Part shown: piece by piece, positions 9,909-19,008 of the stretch | Position numbering within the stretch: the stretch's first letter is position 1 | Layout: every line of letters starts with the position of its first letter | Source: a bacterium | GTDB taxonomy: Bacteria; UBP6; UBA1177 | Assembly: GCA_022703485.1 (NCBI GenBank) | Contig: JAKLDO010000001.1 | Coordinates: 5,834 to 69,833 of the forward strand | Reading direction: 5' to 3' | Length of the DNA stretch: 64,000 nucleotides | Program-made: the position numbers and the translations under genes | The notes under the pieces: generated by a model | What the model was told of the DNA's origin: nothing | What the model saw: only the letters and a program-made list of their open reading frames with translations | Databases searched by the model: none

Positions 9909-10191
9909 TTTTCACCCCTTTAAAGTTGTTCCAAAGCCCCAGAAGCTTGAGATCGTTCATGAATCCGGCTGGGAAATTTCTCCATGCTACTTTCATGCGG
10001 GTCGATTTCGCCCATGAAATGAAGGTCTGCACCGAAGAAGTGTCCCATGCCGAAACTCTGCCGAGATCTATCATTATCTCCTCTGTGGAAAACGGGATGT
10101 CCTTCAGAAAATTATAGAGATCGCCACCTTCATTGATGGAAATGTCCCCGGATATGAAAACTGTGCTGCCGTCAATTTTAAAAGACGCCAT
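9901..10191 (-). CDS. STAS-like small protein (divergent anti-sigma-factor antagonist fold)
   Basis: 96 aa. IMIDLGRVSAWDTSSVQTFISWAKS ... FMNDLKLLGL follows the STAS pattern (binding-partner loop with Ser, C-terminal LLGL helix). Overlaps the cheY start by 8 nt. Confidence 0.45.
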   Translation of the reverse strand: MASFKIDGSTVFISGDISINEGGDLYNFLKDIPFSTEEIMIDLGRVSAWDTSSVQTFISWAKSTRMKVAWRNFPAGFMNDLKLLGLWNNFKGVKNE

Positions 10192-10192
10192 T

Positions 10193-10501
10193 TTATCCTT
10201 TCATGTCAATTATCTTGTCAAGCCTTATCGCTTTGAACAGCGTAAATATCTCTTCGCTGAGCCCCTCTATTCTCGATGTCCTGCCTGAATTAACCATTTT
10301 TTTATGGAATATCAGCAGTTTTCCTATGCCTGAACTGTTGATGAACTCAAGGCCCTTAAGGTCAAGCACGACACTCTGTTCACCGCTCTCAAGCAGCTTG
10401 TCAAAAGCCTGCTGAAACACCGCAGAGCCCTCATTGTCAACTCTTCCGGAGAAAACGACCCTTGCGGCAGCTCCATCTTTTTTTACATTAAATTCCAGCA
10501 T
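10193..10501 (-). CDS. STAS-domain anti-sigma-factor antagonist (RsbV/SpoIIAA-like)
   Basis: VVLDLKGLEFINSSGIGKLLIFHKKM carries the conserved phosphorylatable Ser context. C-terminal EEIFTLFKAIRLDKII. Confidence 0.75.
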   Translation of the reverse strand: MLEFNVKKDGAAARVVFSGRVDNEGSAVFQQAFDKLLESGEQSVVLDLKGLEFINSSGIGKLLIFHKKMVNSGRTSRIEGLSEEIFTLFKAIRLDKIIDMKG

Positions 10502-10514
10502 GCAGACACCCTCT

Positions 10515-11276
10515 CTAAAAAAATTCCATGCTTCCTGTTTCTGAATATTCCCTTGATGACGGGAAGATACTGTTCAATATTCTCAAATGCTCTCTCACCC
10601 TGAACTTTTCATAAAGTTTAGCGGTCAGGATCTCATTGTTTATGTTGTCTTTCTGCGAAGCTATCGTTTCAATGCAGAAAAGCCCCACGCTTTCCGTGCT
10701 TAGCACCGCGAACCTTGCTGAAGTCTCTATCTTTCTGATGTTCTTTTCCACAGACTCAATGCTTTTATTGATACCGACCGTGAACCTGCCGGCATCTCCG
10801 CGAAGAACACATCTTTCCCTGTTCTGTTCCAGCTCCTCTTTTATCAGAAGCAGGATCTTTTTTGCATTTTCAAGCTTTTCCTTCAACTGAAGCAGCGTCG
10901 TTCCGATAAGTGAAAAAGTGTTCGTTGAAACGGCGCCTATAAGTTTTGAGAACCTTTCGGCGTTATCATAAGAAAGTTTTACATCATTGTTCCTGAAATG
11001 GTTTATCTCCTCAAAAATGACTCCGAAACTTTCAAAGCTCTGATCAATTATGTCGCCGAACTGAAAAAGTGTTGAAATGCCGTTGACAGATTCCCTGAGC
11101 GAGCCTACAAGAATATCCATCCTGCTTCCGCTCTTTATTGAGAAAACATCTCCGTCCCTTCCCAAAGCAACCGTTCCTGTGCAGCTTATCACTGTAGCTT
11201 CAGTTTCATTAAATACATCATTGAGCATTGATGAAAGTGATTCGATGTATCCTTTTACTTTTTCCATTCCGGGCAA
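10515..11276 (-). CDS. hypothetical helical protein, first gene of the Che operon
   Basis: 253-aa ORF with TTG start at 11276, preceded by AGGAGA. No TM segment or family motif recognised. Ends ...ETGSMEFF. Confidence 0.5.
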   Translation of the reverse strand: MPGMEKVKGYIESLSSMLNDVFNETEATVISCTGTVALGRDGDVFSIKSGSRMDILVGSLRESVNGISTLFQFGDIIDQSFESFGVIFEEINHFRNNDVKLSYDNAERFSKLIGAVSTNTFSLIGTTLLQLKEKLENAKKILLLIKEELEQNRERCVLRGDAGRFTVGINKSIESVEKNIRKIETSARFAVLSTESVGLFCIETIASQKDNINNEILTAKLYEKFRVREHLRILNSIFPSSREYSETGSMEFF

Positions 11277-11299
11277 GACCTCGTCTCCTGTGACCGTAT

Positions 11300-11328
11300 A
11301 ATATAACCTTAAATTTTTAAGCGGTCAA
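11300..11328 (-). promoter_or_regulatory. sigma70-type promoter TTGACC-17-TATATT in front of the Che operon
   Basis: The minus strand reads aaTTGACCgcttaaaaatttaaggtTATATTatacggtcacAGGAGAcgaggtcTTG. The -35 is at 11328-11323 and the -10 at 11305-11300. Confidence 0.4.
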
Positions 11329-11421
11329 TTTTAGAGTTTTAAGATCAATAAAATTGTTTTTGAAATCACTTTATTGTACCATACTGCGGATTGTGCAGCC
11401 GGGGCTTTTTTTGGGAATTGA

Positions 11422-12012
11422 ATGAAAAAGATCACATTTATCCTGATAATATCTTTTCTGGTCATGAATATTCTGATCTTCTCATGCAGACGAAAGAACA
11501 ATGAAAACGCAGATCTGACCCTTTCACAGAACGACATAGACCTTCTTGTAACGCACAAAGACCAGATAGACATGATCACCGGAAAATATGACCGCGAACT
11601 TCAGAAAAGCAGTAACCAGGCGAAAGCTCAGATAATTGAAAACGGAAAAACGGAGATCAACAGATATCTTGAATCAAAAGGACTCGATCCTATAGTTTTC
11701 ATGAGAAAATCGAAAAAAATACTTAAAAGTTATCTTGCATTTTATGAGACAGGACCGGAGGCTCTTGAAAGAAAAACAAAACTCCTTCAGTCTCAGGAAA
11801 TGACCGAAAAACAGTATGAACAGGCTCTCGAAGCATACAAAAAATCTAATGAAGAACTTTTCAGAGAATACACTTCCGGACTCACAGATTATGAGATAGA
11901 ACTGATAAAGATGAATATTCAGAAATTATCAGGCGCAATTAAATATTCCCCTGTTAAATCAACTGTTCCCGACAGAAAACCGGAAAAAAAGACCGGAGAA
12001 AACAAGAAATAG
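11422..12012 (+). CDS. hypothetical lipoprotein
   Basis: Signal peptide with lipobox MNILIFSC, then a helical Lys/Glu-rich body. No family recognised. Confidence 0.6.
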   Translation: MKKITFILIISFLVMNILIFSCRRKNNENADLTLSQNDIDLLVTHKDQIDMITGKYDRELQKSSNQAKAQIIENGKTEINRYLESKGLDPIVFMRKSKKILKSYLAFYETGPEALERKTKLLQSQEMTEKQYEQALEAYKKSNEELFREYTSGLTDYEIELIKMNIQKLSGAIKYSPVKSTVPDRKPEKKTGENKK

Positions 12013-12016
12013 ACCG

Positions 12017-12817
12017 CTATTCTTCAAAATTATTGTTTGACTCGACCCACTTTGTGTGGAGAAGTTCCGCCATCTTATCGGCAATGAACCTTAAGAATTC
12101 AAGATCGTCCTCATTGAATCTGTAGCTGTTCTTCTTGTTTATCAGCTCAATGACCCCGAATGTTATATTTGTTTCAAGCGACCTGACAGGCGCACATGCT
12201 ATCGATGTGGTCTCATAACCTATCTTTTCGCTGATCTCCTTAAAAAATCTGGGATCCTTCTGAACATCACCGACCGCTATGAAACAGCCGTGTTTCGCAG
12301 AGAATCCGACAAGCCCCTGTCCCACTTTTATTTTCAGCCCCTTCACATCCTGACCTTTCGGACCTCTGCATGAGACAAATTCAAGGTCTGTTGAATTAAG
12401 CGTGGACTTTGCATAAGACCCGCTCTCGCATGGAATATATTTCATCGCAAGGTCGAGAAAGAAATCGGAACTTTCAACTTCGCTCAGGTTCCAGGCATCC
12501 ATGACATCAGTGAAAAGGTCTGCAAGCATTTCATCCTTCCTTGTGACCTTGGGAGGCTCTTTCTTTTCCTGAACGGGCTGCTGAATATTCCTTGTAAGAT
12601 CAAGCTCCCTGATAAGGAATTTTCTTCCTGAAGCGGCATCGGTTATGTTTATCGTACCGTCCTCTTTTACATCACAGACTATGTTTTTCATTGAATCCGC
12701 CATGCCAAGTCCGGATAAAGCCGACTCAAGAGCGCAGAACCAGTTCGGCCCCTCCTCTCTTACCACAACTTCCTTTCCGCTCTCAGGCATCGGGACAAGC
12801 ACTTCAAATTTTGTCAT
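12017..12817 (-). CDS. GAF-domain protein
   Basis: C-terminal GAF pattern GQGLVGFSAKHGCFIAVGDVQKDPRFFKEISEKIGYETTSIACAPV...GVIELINK. The N-terminal ~110 aa are unassigned. Confidence 0.75.
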   Translation of the reverse strand: MTKFEVLVPMPESGKEVVVREEGPNWFCALESALSGLGMADSMKNIVCDVKEDGTINITDAASGRKFLIRELDLTRNIQQPVQEKKEPPKVTRKDEMLADLFTDVMDAWNLSEVESSDFFLDLAMKYIPCESGSYAKSTLNSTDLEFVSCRGPKGQDVKGLKIKVGQGLVGFSAKHGCFIAVGDVQKDPRFFKEISEKIGYETTSIACAPVRSLETNITFGVIELINKKNSYRFNEDDLEFLRFIADKMAELLHTKWVESNNNFEE

Positions 12818-12901
12818 TTTTCACCTCTATTGGTAATATTTACTCAGTTTTAGCAGGGCATTTTCTCATTTTTCAGCTAAAAAATCAAATAATGCGGACA
12901 C

Positions 12902-13471
12902 TTAATCCTTTTCCGGTTTTATCTTTACCTTTCCGTCTTCAAAATAGACTTTAAAAGAGAACCTGTCTCCGAATTTCTTTCTGACTTCATCTATCTTCTT
13001 TTCAAGCATCTCTGAAACAGATTCCCTGCTGAAAGTCTTTCCTGTATACTTTCTGTTCATTTCAATATATCTGTCGGCCGTTTCATTGATGATGGCGTTC
13101 AATCTGAAAGCTTCAGCATCCTTTTTTTCGATCTCTGAAGCCGAACTCTTCAGATCGTTCAGGGCCCCGCTGGGCATTCCGCCGAAAAAGTTCTGTCCCG
13201 GTTTCGCCCTTCCCTCCTCGATATCACGCACCCCTCTTTCCCATTTTGTCCTGTAGACCGTGAATCTTGCAACGATCTGGGAAACAAGGAACCTTTCGGT
13301 GCTATTCTTTGAATCCTGAGCTTCCATCATGAGCCTGTCCACCTGCTTTTTCAATGAATTGAGCTCATTCAGCGGCGGTTTTTTGTCCACACCGGAAAAA
13401 TAGAAATTAAAAGCATGTTCGAGCTTTTCGATCTTAATTATCAGAGCTGACGCCTGTTGAGCAATGCCCAT
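12902..13471 (-). CDS. hypothetical protein (coiled-coil rich)
   Basis: 189-aa ORF with coding-like composition, no signal peptide and no recognisable motif. Confidence 0.5.
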   Translation of the reverse strand: MGIAQQASALIIKIEKLEHAFNFYFSGVDKKPPLNELNSLKKQVDRLMMEAQDSKNSTERFLVSQIVARFTVYRTKWERGVRDIEEGRAKPGQNFFGGMPSGALNDLKSSASEIEKKDAEAFRLNAIINETADRYIEMNRKYTGKTFSRESVSEMLEKKIDEVRKKFGDRFSFKVYFEDGKVKIKPEKD

Positions 13472-13483
13472 TAAGGTTCCGGA

Positions 13484-14344
13484 TTATTTTTTGGGAAGAT
13501 TGAGATCTTCTATCTTTATCATTTCTGCAGGAGTGGCCACTTTAACAGCACTGACCTCCCACCTGAGCTTTCCTGTCCAGTTACCGTCTATGTCGCCCGC
13601 ATCATAACCGGGTATTATTATGCTTCTTTCTTCACCCGGAGCTATCGGATATATCTCTTCGATCTGTCTTGTGTAGATAACGAAGAAAGTCTTTTCAAAA
13701 AGGACCTTTTCATCTTTCTCATCCATGAATTTTACCAGAACGCCCACATAGCTGAGATGTTTATCAGTATTGTTTTTCACTGTAGCATCCATCATATACT
13801 GGCTCTGACCGTTGGCAAATTCAACTTCACCGTTCCTCAGGTCTTTTACCTCTATTTTATCCTTGTAAAGTTTAGCTGTCTCAAGAAGTTCAGGGTCTAT
13901 CGGGATCTCTATCGCATCTTTCTTCTGTTCTTCTTTTATCTTATCTATTCTCTCTTTGAGGTTTATCTCCCATTTGTCACCGTTCTTGTTCACATAGAAA
14001 TTTATTTTAGCCTCCGGCATGCTGTTCATCGCGACTTTCTGGCCGGTATATTCGGTCTCTATGATGACCTTGGTCCCTTCAGCGTTGATCTTTGCAGGAA
14101 GAGTCTTGAGGAACATTGTGTTAAGGCTTATATATTTTGCATCTTCAAGGAATTTTTCCTGTCCCACTATCTCCTGGGATTCCTTGTCCACCATGTCCCA
14201 AGCTCTTGCGAAGTTTTTCTGTTTGAGCAGGTCCAGATAGGTTTCGAGAGTTTTTTCCGCACCGCTTTTTCCTGAAGAGCAGGAGATCATAAATGCACAG
14301 AACGCCATCACGAAAACTGTGAAAATAATTGAAAATCTTCTCAT
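13484..14344 (-). CDS. hypothetical lipoprotein
   Basis: Lipobox AFMISCSSGK. N-terminal NTF2-like segment (LETYLDLLKQKNFARAWDMVD) followed by a beta-rich C-terminal half. Confidence 0.6.
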   Translation of the reverse strand: MRRFSIIFTVFVMAFCAFMISCSSGKSGAEKTLETYLDLLKQKNFARAWDMVDKESQEIVGQEKFLEDAKYISLNTMFLKTLPAKINAEGTKVIIETEYTGQKVAMNSMPEAKINFYVNKNGDKWEINLKERIDKIKEEQKKDAIEIPIDPELLETAKLYKDKIEVKDLRNGEVEFANGQSQYMMDATVKNNTDKHLSYVGVLVKFMDEKDEKVLFEKTFFVIYTRQIEEIYPIAPGEERSIIIPGYDAGDIDGNWTGKLRWEVSAVKVATPAEMIKIEDLNLPKK

Positions 14345-14453
14345 AACGATCCTCGTTTAAAGTTAAACACGCCAACATTCGGGTCAGTATAAAAAGAGCC
14401 GTCCTTTATGTCAACAAAATAGGTTGAAAGCACTTTTTTCCATTCCAAATTAT

Positions 14454-14482
14454 TTGAACTGGAACCGTTTTGCAGATATAAT
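14454..14482 (+). promoter_or_regulatory. sigma70-type promoter TTGAAC-17-TATAAT
   Basis: ttgaac at 14454-14459, 17-nt spacer, tataat at 14477-14482. It is followed by GGAGG (14501-14505) and TTG (14511). Confidence 0.45.
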
Positions 14483-14510
14483 ACCTCAGTTATCATTACC
14501 GGAGGATATC

Positions 14511-14810
14511 TTGAAAAAAACATTCGCTTTAATTTTAGTTTCCACAGTCCTTTTCCTGCTTTCATGCAAAGTCCAGGTCGACCAGAAACTTCCTGAAGAT
14601 GCGGTGGTGCTTGATCAGATCATATATGTTGACGAGGTCAGACAGGGTGTGCCGCAGACCATTCAGCTGCCGAACGGGACCGTGGTCACTTACAAAATGC
14701 CTGAAAAACTTTACGACGGACAGCTGATAAAAGTAAAGCACATTGAAGGTGAAAGGCCTTATTACATTAAAATTAGTCTGCGGAATAGAGATGGATCTGA
14801 CAAAAAATAG
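14511..14810 (+). CDS. small lipoprotein (hypothetical)
   Basis: The ORF track starts at ATG 14424, which lies upstream of the promoter. In-frame TTG 14511 with SD GGAGG gives LKKTFALILVSTVLFLLSC (signal plus lipobox). Confidence 0.5.
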   Translation: MKKTFALILVSTVLFLLSCKVQVDQKLPEDAVVLDQIIYVDEVRQGVPQTIQLPNGTVVTYKMPEKLYDGQLIKVKHIEGERPYYIKISLRNRDGSDKK

Positions 14811-15402
14811 GGTCGCCGCACTTACCGGCTCAATTGCAACAGGAAAAAGCTTCGTTTCAAATTATTTCAGCAGAGAGTACGGTTTCAGTATCGTGGATGC
14901 AGACAAGATCGGGCATTCCGTTCTGGAGAGGTCTGACATTGCTGAACTTATCAGGGTCGAATTTGGAAAAGCCATTGTTGCTGACGGCATTGTGGACCGC
15001 AAACTTCTGGGCAGGGCCGTATTCTCCGACAGAAAAAAACTGAATAGACTCAATGAGATCGTCCATCCGGTGCTCATAAAAGATTCCATTGCTCTGATAA
15101 CAAGACTTTCCTTTGAAACTCCGGTAATATTTGAGGCGGCAGTGCTTTTTGAAGCCGGATGGCATAAAAATTTTGAAACTGTCATACTTACCACTTGTGA
15201 CCCGTCCATTCAGCTGAAACGCATAATTTCAAGAGACCGGATATCTGAAACTGAGGCTCTTGCAAGGATCAGCGCCCAGATGCCGTTTGAGGAAAAAAGC
15301 CTCCTTGCCGACCATATAATTGACACAACAGACGGAATTGAAGCTGTGACGGATACTCTTGACGAGATAGCGGAAAAACTTCTGAAAAAACACCGGAGCT
15401 GA
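14791..15402 (+). CDS. coaE: dephospho-CoA kinase
   Basis: P-loop ALTGSIATGKS, then DADKIGH. Start moved to ATG 14791 (MDLTKNRVAALTG). Confidence 0.8.
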   Translation: MDLTKNRVAALTGSIATGKSFVSNYFSREYGFSIVDADKIGHSVLERSDIAELIRVEFGKAIVADGIVDRKLLGRAVFSDRKKLNRLNEIVHPVLIKDSIALITRLSFETPVIFEAAVLFEAGWHKNFETVILTTCDPSIQLKRIISRDRISETEALARISAQMPFEEKSLLADHIIDTTDGIEAVTDTLDEIAEKLLKKHRS

Positions 15403-15403
15403 C

Positions 15404-16045
15404 ATGTTCAAACCCAAATTTATCATTTTTGACTGGAACGGAACTCTCATTGATGATGTCTGGTTAAGCGTCAACGCCATCAATCTCATACTCGAAAGAA
15501 GGAACATGCCGCTTATAACCACAGAAAGATACAAAGAAATTTTCGATTTTCCTGTAAAGAAATATTATAAACAGCTCGGACTTGATACTGAAAATGACTG
15601 GGAAGGCATCGCAGGCGAGTTCATCGACTGCTACCTCGGCAGTCTTGAAAAAATAAAACTTTTCCACGATGTTGTCGACACAATAGGATATCTCAAAACA
15701 AAAGGGGTCGAGACAGGCATACTTTCAGCAATGCAGCATGAAGGGCTTAACAGACATGTGAAAATGCTGAGGATCGATCATTTTTTCAAATTTGTACAAG
15801 GGATCGAGAATTATTATGCGGAAGGTAAATCGCATCTTGGCAGAAAACTTCTGGCTGACACAGGTCTAAAAGGTCAAGAGCTTCTTTTCATCGGCGATAC
15901 CACTCATGATTTTGATGTCGCAAATGAGATCGGCTGTCAAACCGTGCTGATATCAAGAGGACACAACAGTCCGGAGCGGCTTTCCGCAACAGGCGCATAT
16001 GTAACAGGATCTCTTGGAGACCTTAAAAATATCATTGATCTTTAA
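15404..16045 (+). CDS. HAD-superfamily hydrolase (phosphoglycolate-phosphatase-like)
   Basis: Motif I IIFDWNGTLIDD and motif IV FIGDTTHDFDVA. Note that motif I reads D-x-N rather than D-x-D. Confidence 0.7.
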   Translation: MFKPKFIIFDWNGTLIDDVWLSVNAINLILERRNMPLITTERYKEIFDFPVKKYYKQLGLDTENDWEGIAGEFIDCYLGSLEKIKLFHDVVDTIGYLKTKGVETGILSAMQHEGLNRHVKMLRIDHFFKFVQGIENYYAEGKSHLGRKLLADTGLKGQELLFIGDTTHDFDVANEIGCQTVLISRGHNSPERLSATGAYVTGSLGDLKNIIDL

Positions 16046-16730
16046 ACCTGTAGCCGACGCCTCTTACTGTCTCTATCAGGTTGCCTATATCCCCGAGTTT
16101 CTTCCTTAAATTAAGGATCTGCACATCGACCGATCTGTCTGTCACCGGGTAATCATCCCCTTTCACCGAATTTATTATCTGGCTTCTGGTAAAGACCCAT
16201 CCCGGTCTTTTTACAAGATAGATCAGAATGCTGAACTCTGTTGCGGTCAGATCAACATTTTCACCGTTCACAGCAACTTTATATTTTGTTGTGTCAATTT
16301 CCATTTCGCCTATTCTTATCACGGGATTTCTGGCGGCATCCTCTTTTTTTGAATCTCTCCTGAGAATTGTTTTTATCCTTGCTATCAGCACTCTCGGACT
16401 GAAAGGTTTTGTAATATAGTCATCAGCGCCGATCTCAAGACCTGTTACGATATCGCTCTCCTCCCCTCTTGCGGTCAGCATTACTATGGGTACTTTCGAT
16501 GTATTCCTGTCATTTTTAAGTATCCTGCACACATCTAGTCCGTCCATTCCCGGAAGCATAAGATCCAGCAATATGAGATCGGGAGCGTTCTCTCTTGCTA
16601 TTCTTACGGCCATTTCCCCGTTTGCAGCCGTCTCAACCTTAAAACCTTCTCTTTCAAGATTATATTTTATAAGGTTCAGTATGTCCTCTTCATCATCTAC
16701 CGCAAGGATCCTTTCTTTTGCCATGATCAA
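16032..16730 (-). CDS. OmpR/PhoB-family response regulator (receiver plus winged helix)
   Basis: ILAVDDEEDIL, LILLDLMLPGMDG, IVMLTARG, and C-terminal TVRGVGYRF. No histidine kinase lies adjacent. Confidence 0.85.
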   Translation of the reverse strand: MIMAKERILAVDDEEDILNLIKYNLEREGFKVETAANGEMAVRIARENAPDLILLDLMLPGMDGLDVCRILKNDRNTSKVPIVMLTARGEESDIVTGLEIGADDYITKPFSPRVLIARIKTILRRDSKKEDAARNPVIRIGEMEIDTTKYKVAVNGENVDLTATEFSILIYLVKRPGWVFTRSQIINSVKGDDYPVTDRSVDVQILNLRKKLGDIGNLIETVRGVGYRFKDQ

Positions 16731-17401
16731 CCTCCGGAATGAATAATATTGTTAAATATTTCAGGAACTTCCGCCTTAAACTGCATTACATTTCCGCTTA
16801 CAGGATGCTTTATTTCAAGAATGTGCGCCCACAGCATTATGCTTCCGCCGGCCACAGTTTTGCTGTTATATCTGTGATCGTTCACTATCGGCCAGCCTCT
16901 TGATGCAAGCTGAACCCTTATCTGATGGCTTCTGCCCGTCAACAGGTCTATTGAAAGCATTGCTTTTTGATCATTCTTATCAACCACAGAATACTTCAGA
17001 ACCGCTTTTTTTGCCCCTTTTACAGTGCTGTCGACAATAGATACCATGTTTGTACCGCTGTCTTTGATAAGATGATCTTCCAAAGTTCCGCTGTCGGGGT
17101 AAGGCACGCCGTCAACTATCGCAACATATTGTTTTTTCCAGACATTATTTCTTATCTGTTCGCTCAGCCTTGAAGCGGCTTTTGATGTTTTGGCAAAAAC
17201 GACCGCTCCGCCGACAGGTCTGTCAAGCCTGTGAACTATGCCAAGAAATACATTGCCCGGTTTATTGTATTTACTTTTTAAAAAGTCCATTACGGCCGTC
17301 TGAAGATCGGGATCTCCGGAAGAATCTTTCTGCACAGGAACTCCCTGCGGCTTTATCACCACCATCAGATGGTTATCTTCAAATATCGTAACTATCTTCA
17401 T
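16727..17401 (-). CDS. RluA-family pseudouridine synthase
   Basis: Catalytic motif VHRLDRPVGGAVVFAKT and GRSHQIRVQLA. No S4 domain. Confidence 0.8.
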   Translation of the reverse strand: MKIVTIFEDNHLMVVIKPQGVPVQKDSSGDPDLQTAVMDFLKSKYNKPGNVFLGIVHRLDRPVGGAVVFAKTSKAASRLSEQIRNNVWKKQYVAIVDGVPYPDSGTLEDHLIKDSGTNMVSIVDSTVKGAKKAVLKYSVVDKNDQKAMLSIDLLTGRSHQIRVQLASRGWPIVNDHRYNSKTVAGGSIMLWAHILEIKHPVSGNVMQFKAEVPEIFNNIIHSGG

Positions 17402-17852
17402 TTATTTCATTTTTTTTCATGTATTTCAGCACCCTCGATATTGTCTGATAAGAAAATCCCGAAGAGTTAAGTTTTTTTCTTATCTTTTCAGCATCTTCAT
17501 TTTTCAATTTTGAGCAGACATTTATTGCCGCACTTTCCTCAATTGACGGAGCATACAGGCGTTCAGCATCACGCAAAAGATCGCTGCAGCCTTTTTCATA
17601 AAGTTTCTTTTTCAAATAGTTGACCCCTTTTCCTTTCCGGGCCATTTCAGCAATATATTTCCCGAGGGTTTTTTGATCATTTATATACTTGAATTTATTG
17701 AGATATTCTACAACCTGCTCCATTTCTACTTTCGTTGCTCCTCTATCTTTCAGTCTGTTTTTTATCTCAATCTCAAAATGGTCCCTTCTTGCAAGAAGCT
17801 TCAGAGCAAAACGGATCAGTTCTTTAATATCACTGCTGTTCTTCTGGATCAT
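17379..17852 (-). CDS. recX: RecA regulator RecX
   Basis: ALKLLARRDHFEIEIKNRLKDRGA plus repeated three-helix units. The ORF track start 17915 would overlap pilT by 86 nt. ATG 17852 (MIQKNSS) is the more likely start but remains uncertain. Confidence 0.75.
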   Translation of the reverse strand: MIQKNSSDIKELIRFALKLLARRDHFEIEIKNRLKDRGATKVEMEQVVEYLNKFKYINDQKTLGKYIAEMARKGKGVNYLKKKLYEKGCSDLLRDAERLYAPSIEESAAINVCSKLKNEDAEKIRKKLNSSGFSYQTISRVLKYMKKNEINEDSYDI

Positions 17853-19008
17853 AATCGAAATCTGTCGGCTGATACTGTCCGCTTTCCTTGTCAAAAGATT
17901 TCCAGTCACCGTCACCTGAAATGCTGACTCCCTGCATTCTCAGTATCAGGTCGTCAGGACTTGTTGCATTCTCAAGAGCTTCTTTTTCTGAAATGTGTCC
18001 GTCATGAAAAAGCTGGAAAATGGACTGGTCAAAAGTCTGCATTCCATATGTTTCATGTCCTTTTTCAATTACATCGTGAAGTTCTTTAAACCTTGTTTCG
18101 TCAAGTATTATCTCCTTGACAAGCTGGGAGGCTACGAGGACCTCGACAGCCGGAACCCTTGCTCTGTCATCCTTTCTTTTCATGAGCCTCTGGCTTATTG
18201 CGGCGGCAAAAACGCTCGCAAGCTGCTGCCTTATCTGAGACTGATTGTGTGAAGGGAACACTGCAATTATCCTGTTTATTGTTTCTGCGGCATTAAGAGT
18301 GTGAAGAGTGCTTATGACAAGATGTCCTGTCTCTGCGGCGGTAAGAGCTATCTCAATGGTCTCAAGGTCTCTCATCTCGCCGACCATAATTACATCGGGA
18401 TCCTGTCTCAGAGAGCCTCTTAGCGCAGTTGAAAAAGACTTTGTATCAATCCCTACTTCACGCTGACTGATAATGCTCTTTTTGTCTCTTATAAGGAACT
18501 CTATCGGATCCTCGATCGTAATTATGTTACAGGCTCTTGTGTTGTTTATGAAATCTATCATTGACGCCATCGTGGTCGATTTTCCGCTTCCGGTGGTGCC
18601 TGTTACAAGAACAAGGCCTCTTCTGTAGTTTGCTATCTTTTTAATTATCGGTGGAAGCACAAGCTCATCAATACCTTTTACGGCAAACGGAATTGTTCTG
18701 AAAACAACGCCCAGACTGCTTCTCTGCCTGAAAACATTGACCCTGAACCTGCCCACACCCGAAACACTGTAGGAAAGGTCCACCTCGTTGTTCTCCTTGA
18801 GCGTTTTCCTCTGGTCCTCGCTGAGAATCCCTGCGATCATCGGGTTCAACCTTTCAGGCTTAAGTATCCCGAATTCATCAAGCTTGCTCAAAGTTCCGTT
18901 GATCCTGAGCACAGGTGCGGTGTATGTTTTCAAATGAACATCGGAAGCGCCTACTTTTGATGCCAGCTGAAGAAGTTCATTAAGCTTTTCAAGGTGTTCG
19001 CTCATCAT
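17830..19008 (-). CDS. pilT: type IV pilus retraction ATPase PilT family
   Basis: Walker [11 protein letters not shown], Asp box [10 protein letters not shown], Walker [10 protein letters not shown], His box [10 protein letters not shown]. It has an acidic C-terminal extension. ATGATGA overlap with the recA stop. Confidence 0.85.
   Translation of the reverse strand: MMSEHLEKLNELLQLASKVGASDVHLKTYTAPVLRINGTLSKLDEFGILKPERLNPMIAGILSEDQRKTLKENNEVDLSYSVSGVGRFRVNVFRQRSSLGVVFRTIPFAVKGIDELVLPPIIKKIANYRRGLVLVTGTTGSGKSTTMASMIDFINNTRACNIITIEDPIEFLIRDKKSIISQREVGIDTKSFSTALRGSLRQDPDVIMVGEMRDLETIEIALTAAETGHLVISTLHTLNAAETINRIIAVFPSHNQSQIRQQLASVFAAAISQRLMKRKDDRARVPAVEVLVASQLVKEIILDETRFKELHDVIEKGHETYGMQTFDQSIFQLFHDGHISEKEALENATSPDDLILRMQGVSISGDGDWKSFDKESGQYQPTDFDYDPEEQQ

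Noticed and set aside
14460-14474. sigma54-like tggaaccgttttgca.
   Set aside because: The GG-to-GC spacing is one nucleotide short of the -24/-12 rule. The sequence is simply the spacer of a good sigma70 promoter.
14424-14510. ATG 14424 as the start of the small lipoprotein ORF.
   Set aside because: It lies upstream of the TTGAAC-17-TATAAT promoter (14454-14482), and the extension encodes no signal peptide. TTG 14511 has a GGAGG SD sequence and gives a canonical lipoprotein signal.
15416-15440. HAD motif I reading D-W-N-G-T instead of D-x-D-x-T, as evidence for a non-phosphatase activity.
   Set aside because: This is a single-residue observation by eye in a very diverse superfamily. It cannot be interpreted without an alignment.
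16032-16045. Convergent 3' overlaps (HAD/regulator 16032-16045, cca/NaPi 43858-43876, XRE/mglA 27477-27480) as a special regulatory design.
   Set aside because: Short tail-to-tail overlaps are common in compact genomes. Nothing beyond the overlap itself supports a function, and only the mglA case is mentioned in the findings.
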